Below, in pieces: positions 36,737-49,627 of a stretch of 58,428 nucleotides of DNA. A program made the position numbers and the translations under genes. The stretch is from Perkinsus olseni. Its lineage: Eukaryota. Below the pieces are notes generated by a model. The model did no database searches, was not told the DNA's origin, and saw nothing but the letters and a program-made list of their open reading frames with translations. The stretch spans positions 1 through 58,428 of the forward strand of contig JABANN010000166.1 in assembly GCA_013115125.1 (NCBI GenBank). The letters are read 5' to 3'. The first letter of the stretch is position 1. Every line of letters begins with the position of its first letter.

Positions 36737-39700
36737 ATGGTGTCCTCGCCTGGGTCTCAAGGTCAGCGGTCTCTTGGGGAGGACTCCAAAGCGTCAGCTC
36801 TGTCAACGATCACTTACACGGGGTTGAACTCTGGTCTGAGAGGAGAGAGATTCTTGCCGAGAGAAGTCTCCGCTGGCGTACTAGGCTGATACCTGATCGC
36901 CTGCAGTCAGGTTCAGAAGTGGCTCCAAAGCCTCGATCTCACCTATGCTGTCAGGAACCCTCACCGGTGAGTGGAATCTTTAGCACCGTCAAGAGCACTG
37001 GTCGACCTCAGCGACTTCGCCAACGGGTTCCTCATTGCGGAGGTCTTCGCGCGGTATTTTCCTGGCGAAGTGACGATGCACAGCTTCGACCCGGGCCTGT
37101 CTCTGGCGACTAAGCAGAATAACTGGGAAACTCTGTAGCATATTTTGGCGTGGGGTCCTCGCTGGAGGAGTTGGTGGTCGTGGAGGTTCAAGTTCTTCAA
37201 GAAGTATCGTGTCGACATCACCGTTGAGGACTTCGAGCCGGTTATCCACAATCGGCCGGGCGCTGGTATCAGCATCATCACCAAGGTGAGAGTTGGGAGT
37301 TATGAGATACTGCTCGAACAGTGTTAGGTGTACGGAATCCTCACCAAGAGGCGGCTAGGGAGGAGAGGACGGAGCGGCAATGGGGAGCCGGGTGAGGCTA
37401 GCCTCCCGCGCTGGCGGGCGAGGATTGTCGGCAGACCCTACGCGTGTTGTTGATGGTGGCACTGAAATGGCTGCTCCTAATTACGCTAAGAACACGGCAT
37501 CGGTGGTGTTGAAGGACGCCGAGATAGAAAGGACCGTTGATGATAATGAGCGAGTCGTGAAGGTGAGGATGCATGGACTTGGAGACCCGCAGGGCCACTG
37601 TAGGCGCTGATTGCCTTGGACGCCCACAATCAGGAGCAGCTTAGTGATAGGGCAAAAGAGGGTATCAACGATTCACAATACCGACTATATCCGCAGGGTA
37701 AATGGCGGTACTGAGCGTTGGTTAACGAGGAGGAAGAAAACTGATATGAGCTCGGAGCGGCATCTTTGTAGGCCGTCCGGAGGTGAGCCTGGATAGTGGT
37801 AAAGGGGAGGTGGAACCAGCAGGACAGGAGGAGGACGAGGAAACCTCAGAGGTTTGGTTATTGGGGCGCGTGGTTCGCCGTTTGCGCCGTGCAGTTGGGT
37901 TGGTCCGGCAGGTGAGGGGAGAAGTGAAGGCTTTAGAGAGGCCATCACCGAGGGAGTCTGGAGCCGACGCGACGCCTAAGGAAGACGATCTCAGTGTGAG
38001 GACGGTGTGGCCTCCTGTGTGGTGGTACTTGGCGTAGGGTACTCATCAACAGCGGCGACGCATTGGACTCGAGGCCATGGCGTCTGCCGATAGAAACGGA
38101 CCATCGCAGGGTACGACGGTATTGGTGGAAGGCTTGGAGAACGGCAGCAGGTACTGTAGAGTTGGTACTAGAGAGGATCCAGGCTATAGCGGTGACAGCA
38201 GTGCAAGGACATGATCTAGGCGGTCCGGCCCTCTGCAAATCCATCGACCCTCGCTCCAGCTTCATGGTACTGGATAGCCCTCTCGACAGGAAACCGCTCT
38301 CCAGGCGCGTGACAGGCGTGTCTGCTTGAGAAGGCTGCGAATCCGTCTGACAAATCTGTGCCAGAGGAGGTTATGATCTCCGTGCTGGTTGCCATCGAAG
38401 AACGTGCTGATGCGCTTGCTCCGATCTTGATCAATGAGTAGCCTGTCCTCGGTGGACGGCCAGTAGTGGTCGCCTCCCTCAGTCCGGTGGAGGTTTGGCG
38501 CTTGTGGAAGCTCTTAGAGCCGGGGTTCAAGTCGATTGCGGTGGATTCCCCTATCCTGCCGCGACTGGCTGAGCTGCTCCGCTCCGTCGGTGCCTCCATG
38601 TGCGCGGTAGATCCTCAACTCACCGCTGCTGCCGCAAAGGATGTGAGCCTTGCATCCGATGGAGAGGACCCCTCTCACTGCTAGTTGCCAAGGTACTGCT
38701 GCCCCCGTTGACCCCTATTATATGCACGCCCGGCGCCTGCTACAGTCGTCGCTGCGAGTACCTGCTGCGCTTCCTTTTCGACGTAAGTCCTTCCCGCGGT
38801 GTATCTTGCCCTATGAGCTCTCCTTGCCTCGTCCGGTCAGGGCTTTGTCCAATCGATGGCTAGTGACCAATCCGAGATGCTCCGTGCTCTGCGTGAAGAG
38901 ATTGTATACTGCTACTGTGGTGAGGCATCGACGCTTCGGTGTATTGATGATGGAACCCTCACAGGACGAATGATGGAGGCCTTGCCGACTCTCGTATCGT
39001 GTATGGACTATATCGTTACCTTGTCCTCAACTGTCGGCCATGACGAGCCTGCAGGCAAGGCCCTCGCTGATGTGTAGGGGTGACAGTGGCTTCGCGGCGT
39101 AGTTCCTTCCGCAAGGTACCTCTTTTATGCACTTGAAGGGCTCAATAGCAGCTCCTGCAGGACTAGGGCGAGAGGGCTGGGAATACTCTTAGAAGTGGGC
39201 GGGCAGAGCGAGCAGGGGCATGAATGGTAGCTTCAGCTCGCACCGAGGAGTGCTACGTTGATGGAAGTGGTACGCGAGGCTACGTTGAAGAAGGTCATCT
39301 CTAGCACGATCAAAGAGATAGAGTCGGGCTTGAACTCCCCTGTGTGGTGGGAGGTGCAGGTACGATAGATTGTGGGGATCCACGGGAGTGTGTCGTCAGG
39401 TCGTAGTAGTGGCACTGTTGCTGACCTTCCTAGATAGGGCAGCAAGGAGCCACGACGGAGTGGATACTGCAACCGCAGGTGGACGTCATACTTTGGACCG
39501 CGATCGACTGTGCTTGCCCATGCAGATGACATGGAGACGCAGCATGCGTTGGAGCTCCTCGTGAGGGTCATGAAAAGCACGAAGTCGGCTGTGGTTCGTA
39601 GGGTGAGCAGCAGTCAGTGGGCGTCCTCCCGATCGGTCCTTCCCAGGTGGCCCTCATCGGTCTGGCTAGGTCGAGTGTCCTTGGGGCATATCAGGAGGCC

Positions 39701-40560
39701 CTGATGGAGCCTTTCCTCCAGGCGTTGGTCGACTCTCCGGATGACAAGCGGAGGTACAGGCTGAGCGCGAACGGAGCTCAGCAGGATGTCGTATCAGGTA
39801 CATTCTGTCACCCTCGCGCGACACGGATAGGAATGATTTGCCGGACGGCGCTTCGCCTTGTCTGCGTCTATGGTGGGGGAGGCAACAGGAGGCGGCGGGT
39901 GGGTAGCGCTGTGGGTGCTGTTCAGTACAGGCTGCGTTGTTTCCTTAGGAGGAGTACGGTGGCCGACCAATCTTCAAGTCACCCTTACTGCGTTCCTCAC
40001 TATTTCGGTTTGCGAAGACGATGCTACGTCTGTGGATGTGTTGGCATCGCCCATCTTGGAGGTGCCTTGGGAGCTTCTCATCGCGCCGTTTTACGAGACC
40101 TCAGATTCTGGATAGCATCCTGTCAGCAGCGGAGGACCGTGCTGATTCCTCTACTGCAGAGGTATGGGCTGGACTATTCCGAAGGCTCAGGTCGGTTTCT
40201 TGTCCCCTCGGAGTCACGCATTGCTGTTGCTGTTGTAGTGGTCCGCTGTTCGCGTCCCTCCTGTCGCCTCGTCTGCACGACCTATCAGCGCTGTGTGTTG
40301 CCCGTCTGCTAGTGAGAGGTGCCCAAGAGGCGGTCTCTGTACGGGAGCTGGCTACGCTCATCATGAGGAGGATAATAACACCGTAGAGATGAAGTACCTA
40401 CATAGCCTCTCCTATCAAGCGCAGGTACTATCACGAGGGAGCCAACACCGGGGACCGCATTAGCGAGGATCGTCTTGTTGAGTTCATAAAAAACTTCGAG
40501 CCGGAGAAGGCGGCGTTGATGGCCATGGATGAGTTCCGAGAGAAGCTCAAGGCTGCGTAG
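36737..40560 (+). CDS. SPATA4-like flagellar protein with N-terminal CH-like (CH_2) domain, multi-exon; start and extent uncertain
   Basis: LPRE|VQKWLQSLDLTYAVRNPHR|DFANGFLIAEVFARYFPGEVTMHSFDPGLSLATKQNNWETL|FKFFKK...PNYAKNTAS. Long helical C-terminal exons run to ...REKLKAA*. Confidence 0.7.
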
Positions 40561-40814
40561 TCACTACTCCCCTTTTCCTCATCGCTAACAGCTCGATTGG
40601 CAGGTACATCAAGTCGCCGTTCGAGAAGATCTACGGCTGATACCGCAGAAGGGATCCTCGTCGAAGATGGCATGCTCCCATGGTGGCCGTACGGGTATTA
40701 TGGAGCAGCACAGGGGGGACTTGAGTTAGTGAAAAGATCAATTGGGGAGGGATTGTTTTGTTGCCAGTCCCTGCCGGGCGGGCATCGTTCTCTGGCAGTA
40801 GCCACGCCACTCTA

Positions 40815-43800
40815 ATGCCGAGTCGTATGCTGGACGGAGACGGACCTACAGCTGTAACTGCATCCTCATCCTTGATGGTGGACGAGGATCCTGTTGAGCT
40901 GTCCGAGTACCTGGGTGCGGCGGGGCGTCGCTCCCTGCAAGCTGGATTCTGCCACCTCACTGCATGGATGTTCACTTCGGGCGACAAGGGCGGTCAAACT
41001 CTTGTCAAGGACATCCCCTTGAGGCTTCATGGCTCGCGGTCCGAGGCCTTGAGGACTGCCACTGCGCACTTCACATGGACATGGGACCCGAGGGCCTGTT
41101 ATGTTGTGCTTTACACCTTCCCAGCCTCGGCCCAGCCGTCGTCTCAATCACAATTCCGAGCGAGCAATTTCGCTAGGTGGGCGTTGCAGGCCATAGAGAT
41201 GTGCACTCCTCGAGGGTTGGCCTCTTGGGTTGGGGCATCGGACCCCAACATTGAAGACGATGCTAAGCCTGACGGATGTGTGGTTGCCAATGCGAAAGAT
41301 GCCTTCGTCGTGTACGTCTGGAGTGGTAAAGATGCTGACTTGACCGTCAAGGTCACGGCCCTGGCGCGGGGGTACGATGTGGGGAAGGCGCTACGCTGTA
41401 CGACAGTGCCGGAGAGGGAAGGCTGGGCCGGGTCGATAGCGAGGAAAGTCATCAGTGTCGACCATCAGCCCAACGTGATGGATGGGAATTGCCCTCCGCC
41501 AATCCCAAGTAAAGAGTGCCAGCTCCTTCGTATATTAGAACGCACGCTTGAACCGAAGGCCTCACAAACAGGAGGTCGTGAACGGCGGCAGGAGCAACCA
41601 TCGACTTTTAACAGCATTCTTTCGCCGTCCACGACGGTTGGTGATGGAAGACCACCGATGGTACCGAGTCTCAAGCTGGGGGCGATCGGCGCAGCGTCTG
41701 AGCAGTCGAGGCAGTCTGGCAGTGGCTCTTCCTCCTCGCGTCGTGGAACTCAGAGTGCAAGAGCAGTACCGAGCGGACGGAGGCGAATGATCAGCGAGAC
41801 GGAACTTGATCTGTTGGAGAATCCCCCTAAGTCGGCTAGATCATCCGAGGCCTCCTCCGGAAGGCGACAACAGAGCACCATGGCACAGTCGCTGCACATC
41901 CCACGGTAAGTGTAGCTACCGGGACGGATTAATAACGAGAGACTATGATTCTGTCTGCTAAGCTCCGTCGATTGCGTGACCTTGCTGCGCTACGTTCAGG
42001 CCGAAGACCAATGTGGAATTGATTGAGTCGTTCGACATGAGTCCCAATGCGGACAATTCACATCTTCCTGCTGAGGTTCAGAACGAGCTCCGTTTGCATC
42101 AGTACAGGTAGCCGATGGAGTGGCGGGCGCGGCGGTTACTGGGGCATCTGTCACAGGACGCAATGTAGCGAGATTCTGCCCGGAGTTCTCTATCTCGGAG
42201 GAGCGAGGGTCGCGTCGAACTTGGAGATACTGACAGAAAAAGGCATCACACACATCGTCAACACGGCTGCTGATGTCTGTAGCAACTCTTTTGCCGACAG
42301 AGGTTTTAAGTGAGTCTGAAGAGGAAGCCCGGCGTCCCGACTTTAGAAAAGGTTCTACCGGGATTTGAACCCAGATCGCCAGATTCAGAGTCTGGAGTGC
42401 TAACCGTTACACCATAGAACCGGATGTCCACTGATTGTCCATGCCCATGTAGATCGGATTTCCGATCTCAGGTACCTCACCCTATTCCTTAAGGACACCC
42501 GAGATGAACCTATGCTTCCTGCAGTACTTTATCATGCCGTTCTCTGGATTCATTCGGCCATCACGGAAGAGAAGGGCAAGGTTCTGGTGCACTGCTTCGA
42601 AGGTGTATGGCAAATCTGCCAGAGGATGCTTCCTCCACGCTCGTCCTCAGGTCAGCAGGAGCTCTACGGTTGTCATCGCCTATTTAATGTGGCTCAGAGC
42701 TTGGACCTACAATCGGGCGTTTGACTGGGTCAAAACCATTCGGTGCGTTACGCGACTACTAGTCGCCGACTAGACTCGGATGGTATCTTCCAGTGGCCTA
42801 GGTGTCGACTCTCTCAGACCTATCTGTAACCCGAACACGGGCTTCACTTGTGTTTTAATAGTATTCGGCAAGAAGCTGGAGAGAGGGAGAGGTTCGCAGG
42901 CCTTGCTGGACTCGGCTAAGGCTCATCCCACGATCTCGAGAGTCACGGTGGGTGGCACCATTGCGTGCTTGGACTGAGGTGCAGAACAGGATGGATTCTC
43001 TCAAGGTACATTCGCTGCGGACTCTTCCACAACCAACATCCCTCATGGTGGCTCTGCCAGTATCGGCAGGCTCGGCGTTGGGCTCAGAGGTGCCCCCGGT
43101 CCCTTTGACGATCGACGGCCGGTAGATTGCTGGACTCTCGATCCTTCTTAGTTGAGGTTTGCCCGTAGGTTTTCCTTCATTCTACAGCTAGACACGTCGG
43201 TCGTTATTTTACGCTCAAGGTCGACAAAGAATGAGATAACCGATAAGGCGATCGCCGACCATTTGCACCGTGTAACGAAAAAGGCTGTGGAATTTATCTG
43301 CCACTGGGGCGAGTCGGTCGTCAACCAGGCATATAGTTTAGGTTCGCTCGGTTGAGTTTGGCTGCGACGATGATGGAGACGATCCACTGGAAACGGTAGA
43401 GATTTTCTTGGATGATGAAGTTGATGATGCAGCGGTTGCAGCTCTAGGGAGAATACTTGCTCCTGGTGAGCACGTAACCGCTGTATGAGGGCTTGATGTG
43501 AACTCTATAGGTTCTCCGTCCGCCGAGCTCTGTCTGGAGTCCCTCGTCCAGACGACTGATAACCCTGCGTGGAATGATGAGTACGGCGAGCGATTTGTCC
43601 CTCAAAAAAGCGTTAGTCATCGGTCAGGTACGCGGCCATGAGCAAGGTAAGCCGAACAGGCCCGGAGGCGTCTGAGGACACGATGAAAATGACGCATGTT
43701 GCAGACTTCGTGAGCTAAGAGGGACAGAAGGCTTTTGAAAAGGTGCCCACTAGGTACCGCCGATTGGTCGAGAGATCCTTTCTTTGGGGCCTATCAAGGA

Positions 43801-44263
43801 CACAAGGGAGTGTGTTCTTCAAAAAAGGCATGAAGGTGCGCAGGAACCCGGCTTGAATGGTGGCAAAGCTGAGGCGAAGACGGAAGTTTACTGCTACCCC
43901 GATGTCGAGTACTCCGATCGGCTAACGCAGTGGGTGCCGCTGCACATTGCCGGGTGGTTTGCTCAGCTGTGTTGTGATACAGATTCGAGCCAGATGAGCT
44001 CGAAGAAGGCGAAGTTTTCATCATATTCGTACCGCGCCGAAAGCAACTCGTCTTCTGGGTGGGCGAGGGCAGCGCTCAGGTCGGTGGGCAACCCCGTCTT
44101 CCGCCTCGGCACGTGGTCCTCTCAGCCGCCGGACCATAGGATCGAGACGATACGAAAGAGCCTTTGCGAGCGGCACGACTTGGATGAGTCATCGGTAGAA
44201 GTTGAAATAGTATATCAAGGAGAGGAGATGGAGGACTTCGAAGAGTACTTCGATGATGACTAG
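40815..44263 (+). CDS. Dual-specificity protein phosphatase with gelsolin-like segments (MKP1-like architecture), multi-exon
   Basis: CSEILPGVLYLGG...GITHIVN, LKD, KVLVHCFEG|VSRSSTVVIAYLMW..AFDWVKTIR|PICNPNTGF. Gelsolin-like VYVWSGKDA and LVFWVGEG...IVYQGEEMEDFEEYF*. Confidence 0.85.
42350..42421 (-). tRNA. trnQ: tRNA-Gln (anticodon CUG), nested antisense in a phosphatase intron
   Basis: Reverse complement GGTTCTATGGTGTAACGGTTAGCACTCCAGACTCTGAATCTGGCGATCTGGGTTCAAATCCCGGTAGAACCT: acceptor stem, A box, CCAGA/TCTGG anticodon stem with CTG, GTTCAAATC B box, and a short T-run at the 3' end. Confidence 0.95.
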
Positions 44264-44906
44264 GAGCAACCTAGGATACTATTGGAGTATTGCCAGCGAT
44301 TGATAGCTGCGTCGCTCTGAGCGGCATTATCACCATCTACTACTAATGCTGCCGTTGCTGCAGTAACCTGGACATTGCCATGCACTCATATCCGATACGA
44401 TGCTGTTGTGCGTGTTGGGGTGTCAATTTTCAATACCAGGGTTTGGTGACACGTGCTGTGAACGCGTGCAGGCACTGTGTTTTATGCATGGGCTACGGTT
44501 GACTCTTTCCTGACTTCCTCTCGGTAGCCGGGGCGTCCACAGCTCTCACACCTTATGGGACCCGGGCCCCATAGATGTCGGCTGCCACGAGGCTGACCCC
44601 TTTAAAGTCGTCATTCAGAGTCCTCCCTAGAAACTCTATTATGATAACTACCAGGGAACCTCCCTCAGCAGAGAGGAGAGTACGATGGGGAATCATCGAG
44701 CAACGTGTAGAGCGGCAGTCAGCATGCTCTCAGCATCTTGTGGAGATCCCGCGTTTCGCGATATTCTTGGGAATCTTGCATCTCTTGCTTTTCCTCAACG
44801 CTTTGTATTTGGTTGCTGCAAGAGAAGAGAATTCCTCTTGTTGTGGTAGTACTGCAAGCGTTGTGTGATTTTGATGGTTGCAAGTTGATACCCATAGATT
44901 TAAAAA

Positions 44907-46427
44907 ATGCCTACTACTCAAGAACAACCATCGGTACCAGCAGCAGGGGCTGCTGAATCTCCCCTCCGTTTCTCATCGCGGCACAGCTCTCCAGACGCCC
45001 ATCCTCGGTCGGACTCGGCCAGTCCTCCTGGCCGTGGTCCGGCCTCGACGACCTCGGCCTCCAGTGGAGATGGTACGCCCAACAGGAGGGTGAAATTCGA
45101 CGACTATACACCATTCGACCCCGCAGTTGGTAGCGAGTCTGTCGCCAGTGGGGTTCAGTCGCTCGAGTGCTGCGGTGATACTGACGAGCTGCAGGAGCGA
45201 ATAATGGCCCTGACCAATGCCGTATCGCAGGCCCACACCGAGCTCAGTGAGGAGCGCCAGAAGCGGCGGCTCTTGGAGCTTGAGAACGAGACGTTGAAGC
45301 TCAAGGTGTTGTCGCTGAGTATGATGAACCCTGAGGCCGCAGCTGCGCTAGATGCCGCCGTTGATGGGGGCGTTGGCAGCAGTTTGGACCCCTCGCAGAT
45401 TTTCTTGGGCGGCAATGCTGCTCACCATAACCGCGATCGTGCGATGACAACAGTTGAAGGTTCACCGCATAACGCGTTGCCTGTGTGCCGAAGAGCGTCC
45501 GTAGATGACGCTACGTTGGCCATGGAATTTGAGAACAAAGAAGATGTTCTGGTCGTTCGCCACATCAGCAGTCTTGGCTTTGGCCCAGCCCAGACTCTAG
45601 CGGCCTACTTCTCGGTCTTTGGCAAGGTGCAGGAGGTTATCGAGGTCGAGGGAAGAGACGCGGCTATCGTAGTCATGGCCGACTCTGATACCAGCTTGCA
45701 CGGTTCTTTCTTCCCTCATGGCGCTAAAGTCGTCAGTGGGGGAGAGGTGGAGATCGCTACTTACGACGAGGCTCTCTCAGCGGGCTGGCTATCGGGGACC
45801 CCTACCCACGACACCGACTCGCTCACGACGTCCTTCAACAGCGGTGGTCGACCTGGCAGCTCATCGCCTGTGTACGGCTGGAATGTTGCAACTCCCAATG
45901 GTGGTGTGGCGCGTCAGAACTCACTGAGGGGCCATGCCCAGACATGGGACGCGAGCAGCTCGCAGCCAGAGACGACGACGTCTGCTGAGAATAAGGAGCC
46001 ACCTCGTATGAACCTGTTAGAGGCTCTGCAAGTGTTCAACGAGGACGATGAGAAGAGGGTCTTCACCGTTCGCAAGGTTCACAAGTTGGGCTTCAAGTCT
46101 CAGCATGCTCTGAGGCAGTACTTCAGCCAGTTCGGTCGGGTCAAGGATGTTGTTCTGCTCCCGATGAGAGCCAAGCCGAAGCCGGGTCCGAGCGGTCAAG
46201 TTCGCGGTGTTCGCCCGAGCTCTATGGGCTTCGTGGTTATGCAGCGTGCCGAAGATGTGCAGAAGATTCTCGCATATGGCGACACTCACATGATCAAGGG
46301 CTGGCCCATTGAAGTCCGGCCTTTCGTTCGGCCCAGCGAGAAGCGAGAGGCTAAGGCTGATAATGCTGCTGTTGATGGTGGCCACGTTTCTTCCGCTGCG
46401 TCGCCCGAGGAGGGCAGCAGTCACTAA
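44907..46427 (+). CDS. Coiled-coil + two divergent RRM-like domains RNA-binding protein (single exon)
   Basis: 506-aa ORF. VLVVRHISSLGF..LAAYFSVFGKV and VFTVRKVHKLGFKSQHALRQYFSQFGRVKDV...MGFVVM..AEDVQKIL...IEVRPF. Confidence 0.8.
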   Translation: MPTTQEQPSVPAAGAAESPLRFSSRHSSPDAHPRSDSASPPGRGPASTTSASSGDGTPNRRVKFDDYTPFDPAVGSESVASGVQSLECCGDTDELQERIMALTNAVSQAHTELSEERQKRRLLELENETLKLKVLSLSMMNPEAAAALDAAVDGGVGSSLDPSQIFLGGNAAHHNRDRAMTTVEGSPHNALPVCRRASVDDATLAMEFENKEDVLVVRHISSLGFGPAQTLAAYFSVFGKVQEVIEVEGRDAAIVVMADSDTSLHGSFFPHGAKVVSGGEVEIATYDEALSAGWLSGTPTHDTDSLTTSFNSGGRPGSSSPVYGWNVATPNGGVARQNSLRGHAQTWDASSSQPETTTSAENKEPPRMNLLEALQVFNEDDEKRVFTVRKVHKLGFKSQHALRQYFSQFGRVKDVVLLPMRAKPKPGPSGQVRGVRPSSMGFVVMQRAEDVQKILAYGDTHMIKGWPIEVRPFVRPSEKREAKADNAAVDGGHVSSAASPEEGSSH

Positions 46428-47600
46428 GTTTGCGCAATAGCGCTGCTACATACCATTGAGGTTGAGGAGGCTGAAGGCCTGGCCTCTTTCATTCTGAGTC
46501 TCGTTTCCTCGGTCATAAATACATTATTTCGAATGGTCTAAACCTCTTCCTGTTGCTGACTTGTATCGTCATTATTGAATGCCTAAAAAGTAGTGTCTTC
46601 TCCTTTGTACTATAACTAGAGTATCTTCACCAGCAATTCACCGCACGGGACCGGTCACCTGTTGCAAGGCCCCAGTGCAGCCGACCAGCCACCAACCTCG
46701 ATAACGAGTGCTGTCTGGCTGTCTCTGGGCGCCGGCGGAGCTGGCTGGCCATGGTCTCTCTGGAGAGTTTTCTTTTCTCTGTGGTTTTAATTTCACTCGA
46801 AGATACCGGGCTCATTTTTGGGTCGGTAAGTATTACTTCATAAAGCCACGCTGGGGAGTTACTGATTCCCCTGTGAATGCTTTGATTTTGTGTGAGCTGT
46901 TCCATTAGATGCATCAGAGGAAGGCGAGCCCTCCATCTTCTCTATTATTATTCTGTTGGTGGCTCTTATTGTTACTAGAGTAACGAGTTTATCTTTCACC
47001 ACATCCTGTCAGTAGTCGTAATCAATTCTAAGAGGTTACTTGCGGTTCAGTCGCTCCGCCCTCGTTGTGTTTTATAACTGGACTTCATTCTGTTGCAGTG
47101 ATGATGGTGGCGACTTGCTCGAGCTAATGAGGTCAGCACTCTTCCGCTGACCGAGGCTTACAGCGTTCCTGCCCTTCTTTCGAGCCTCCCAAGATCAGAG
47201 TGCATGCTTCTATTCAAGGGCTCCCCGTTGCTCGTCTCAATGTCTCGTGGGCACCCTCCTCCGTTGCAGATGATCACCGAGCGGGCGTTGCTGTGAACAA
47301 TTGTGTCTGTAGGGATTACTAGCGTTAGTATTATCGATAGCAGTAGTTGCCTGCTCTCTCATATTCGTAGTTCTAGCCAGCACAGCATCGTCTACACCGT
47401 TGCTCTTCTCGTGAGTGTTGTTGTTGGGCGATATTGCCCCAGGCGTTATCATCGTAAACGAAGTCATTGTTACTGTTGCGTAAGTTTTGCGTTGTCACTA
47501 TCCCATTTTCGTGTGGTACTTTGCTCCCTGCCGTGCCGAATAGTCGCGTTGCTAGTTCTGGGAAGGCGTATGGCGCAGTCAATGCTTCAGAGATTCTCAC

Positions 47601-49485
<1,885 letters not shown>

Positions 49486-49627
49486 CCTTGTGTTTCTTGT
49501 GGAGGCTTGTGTCGTGCTCATCGAAGTTAATTCAGTCCACTAGGCGATCAACGGGCGCCAGCTCATAAGTCTCTCAGTTCTTCGCTCCTTTCAGCCCTCC
49601 CCGGTGACTGAGGCGTCGCGGTCCAAC

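Noticed and set aside
44487-44500. Minus-strand accgtagcccat resembling the start of the dinozoan spliced leader (ACCGTAGCCAT...)
   Set aside because: Only ~9 nt match, the rest of the SL is absent, and it is antisense to the downstream gene.
47098-47150. GTGATGA...CTGA pair resembling a C/D snoRNA
   Set aside because: The span is short (~53 nt), with no terminal stem and no rRNA-complementary guide that I could identify.
46430-47590. Possible small gene or ncRNA in the unusually long spacer
   Set aside because: Splice-like signals exist, but I could not support a coherent ORF or RNA structure by eye.
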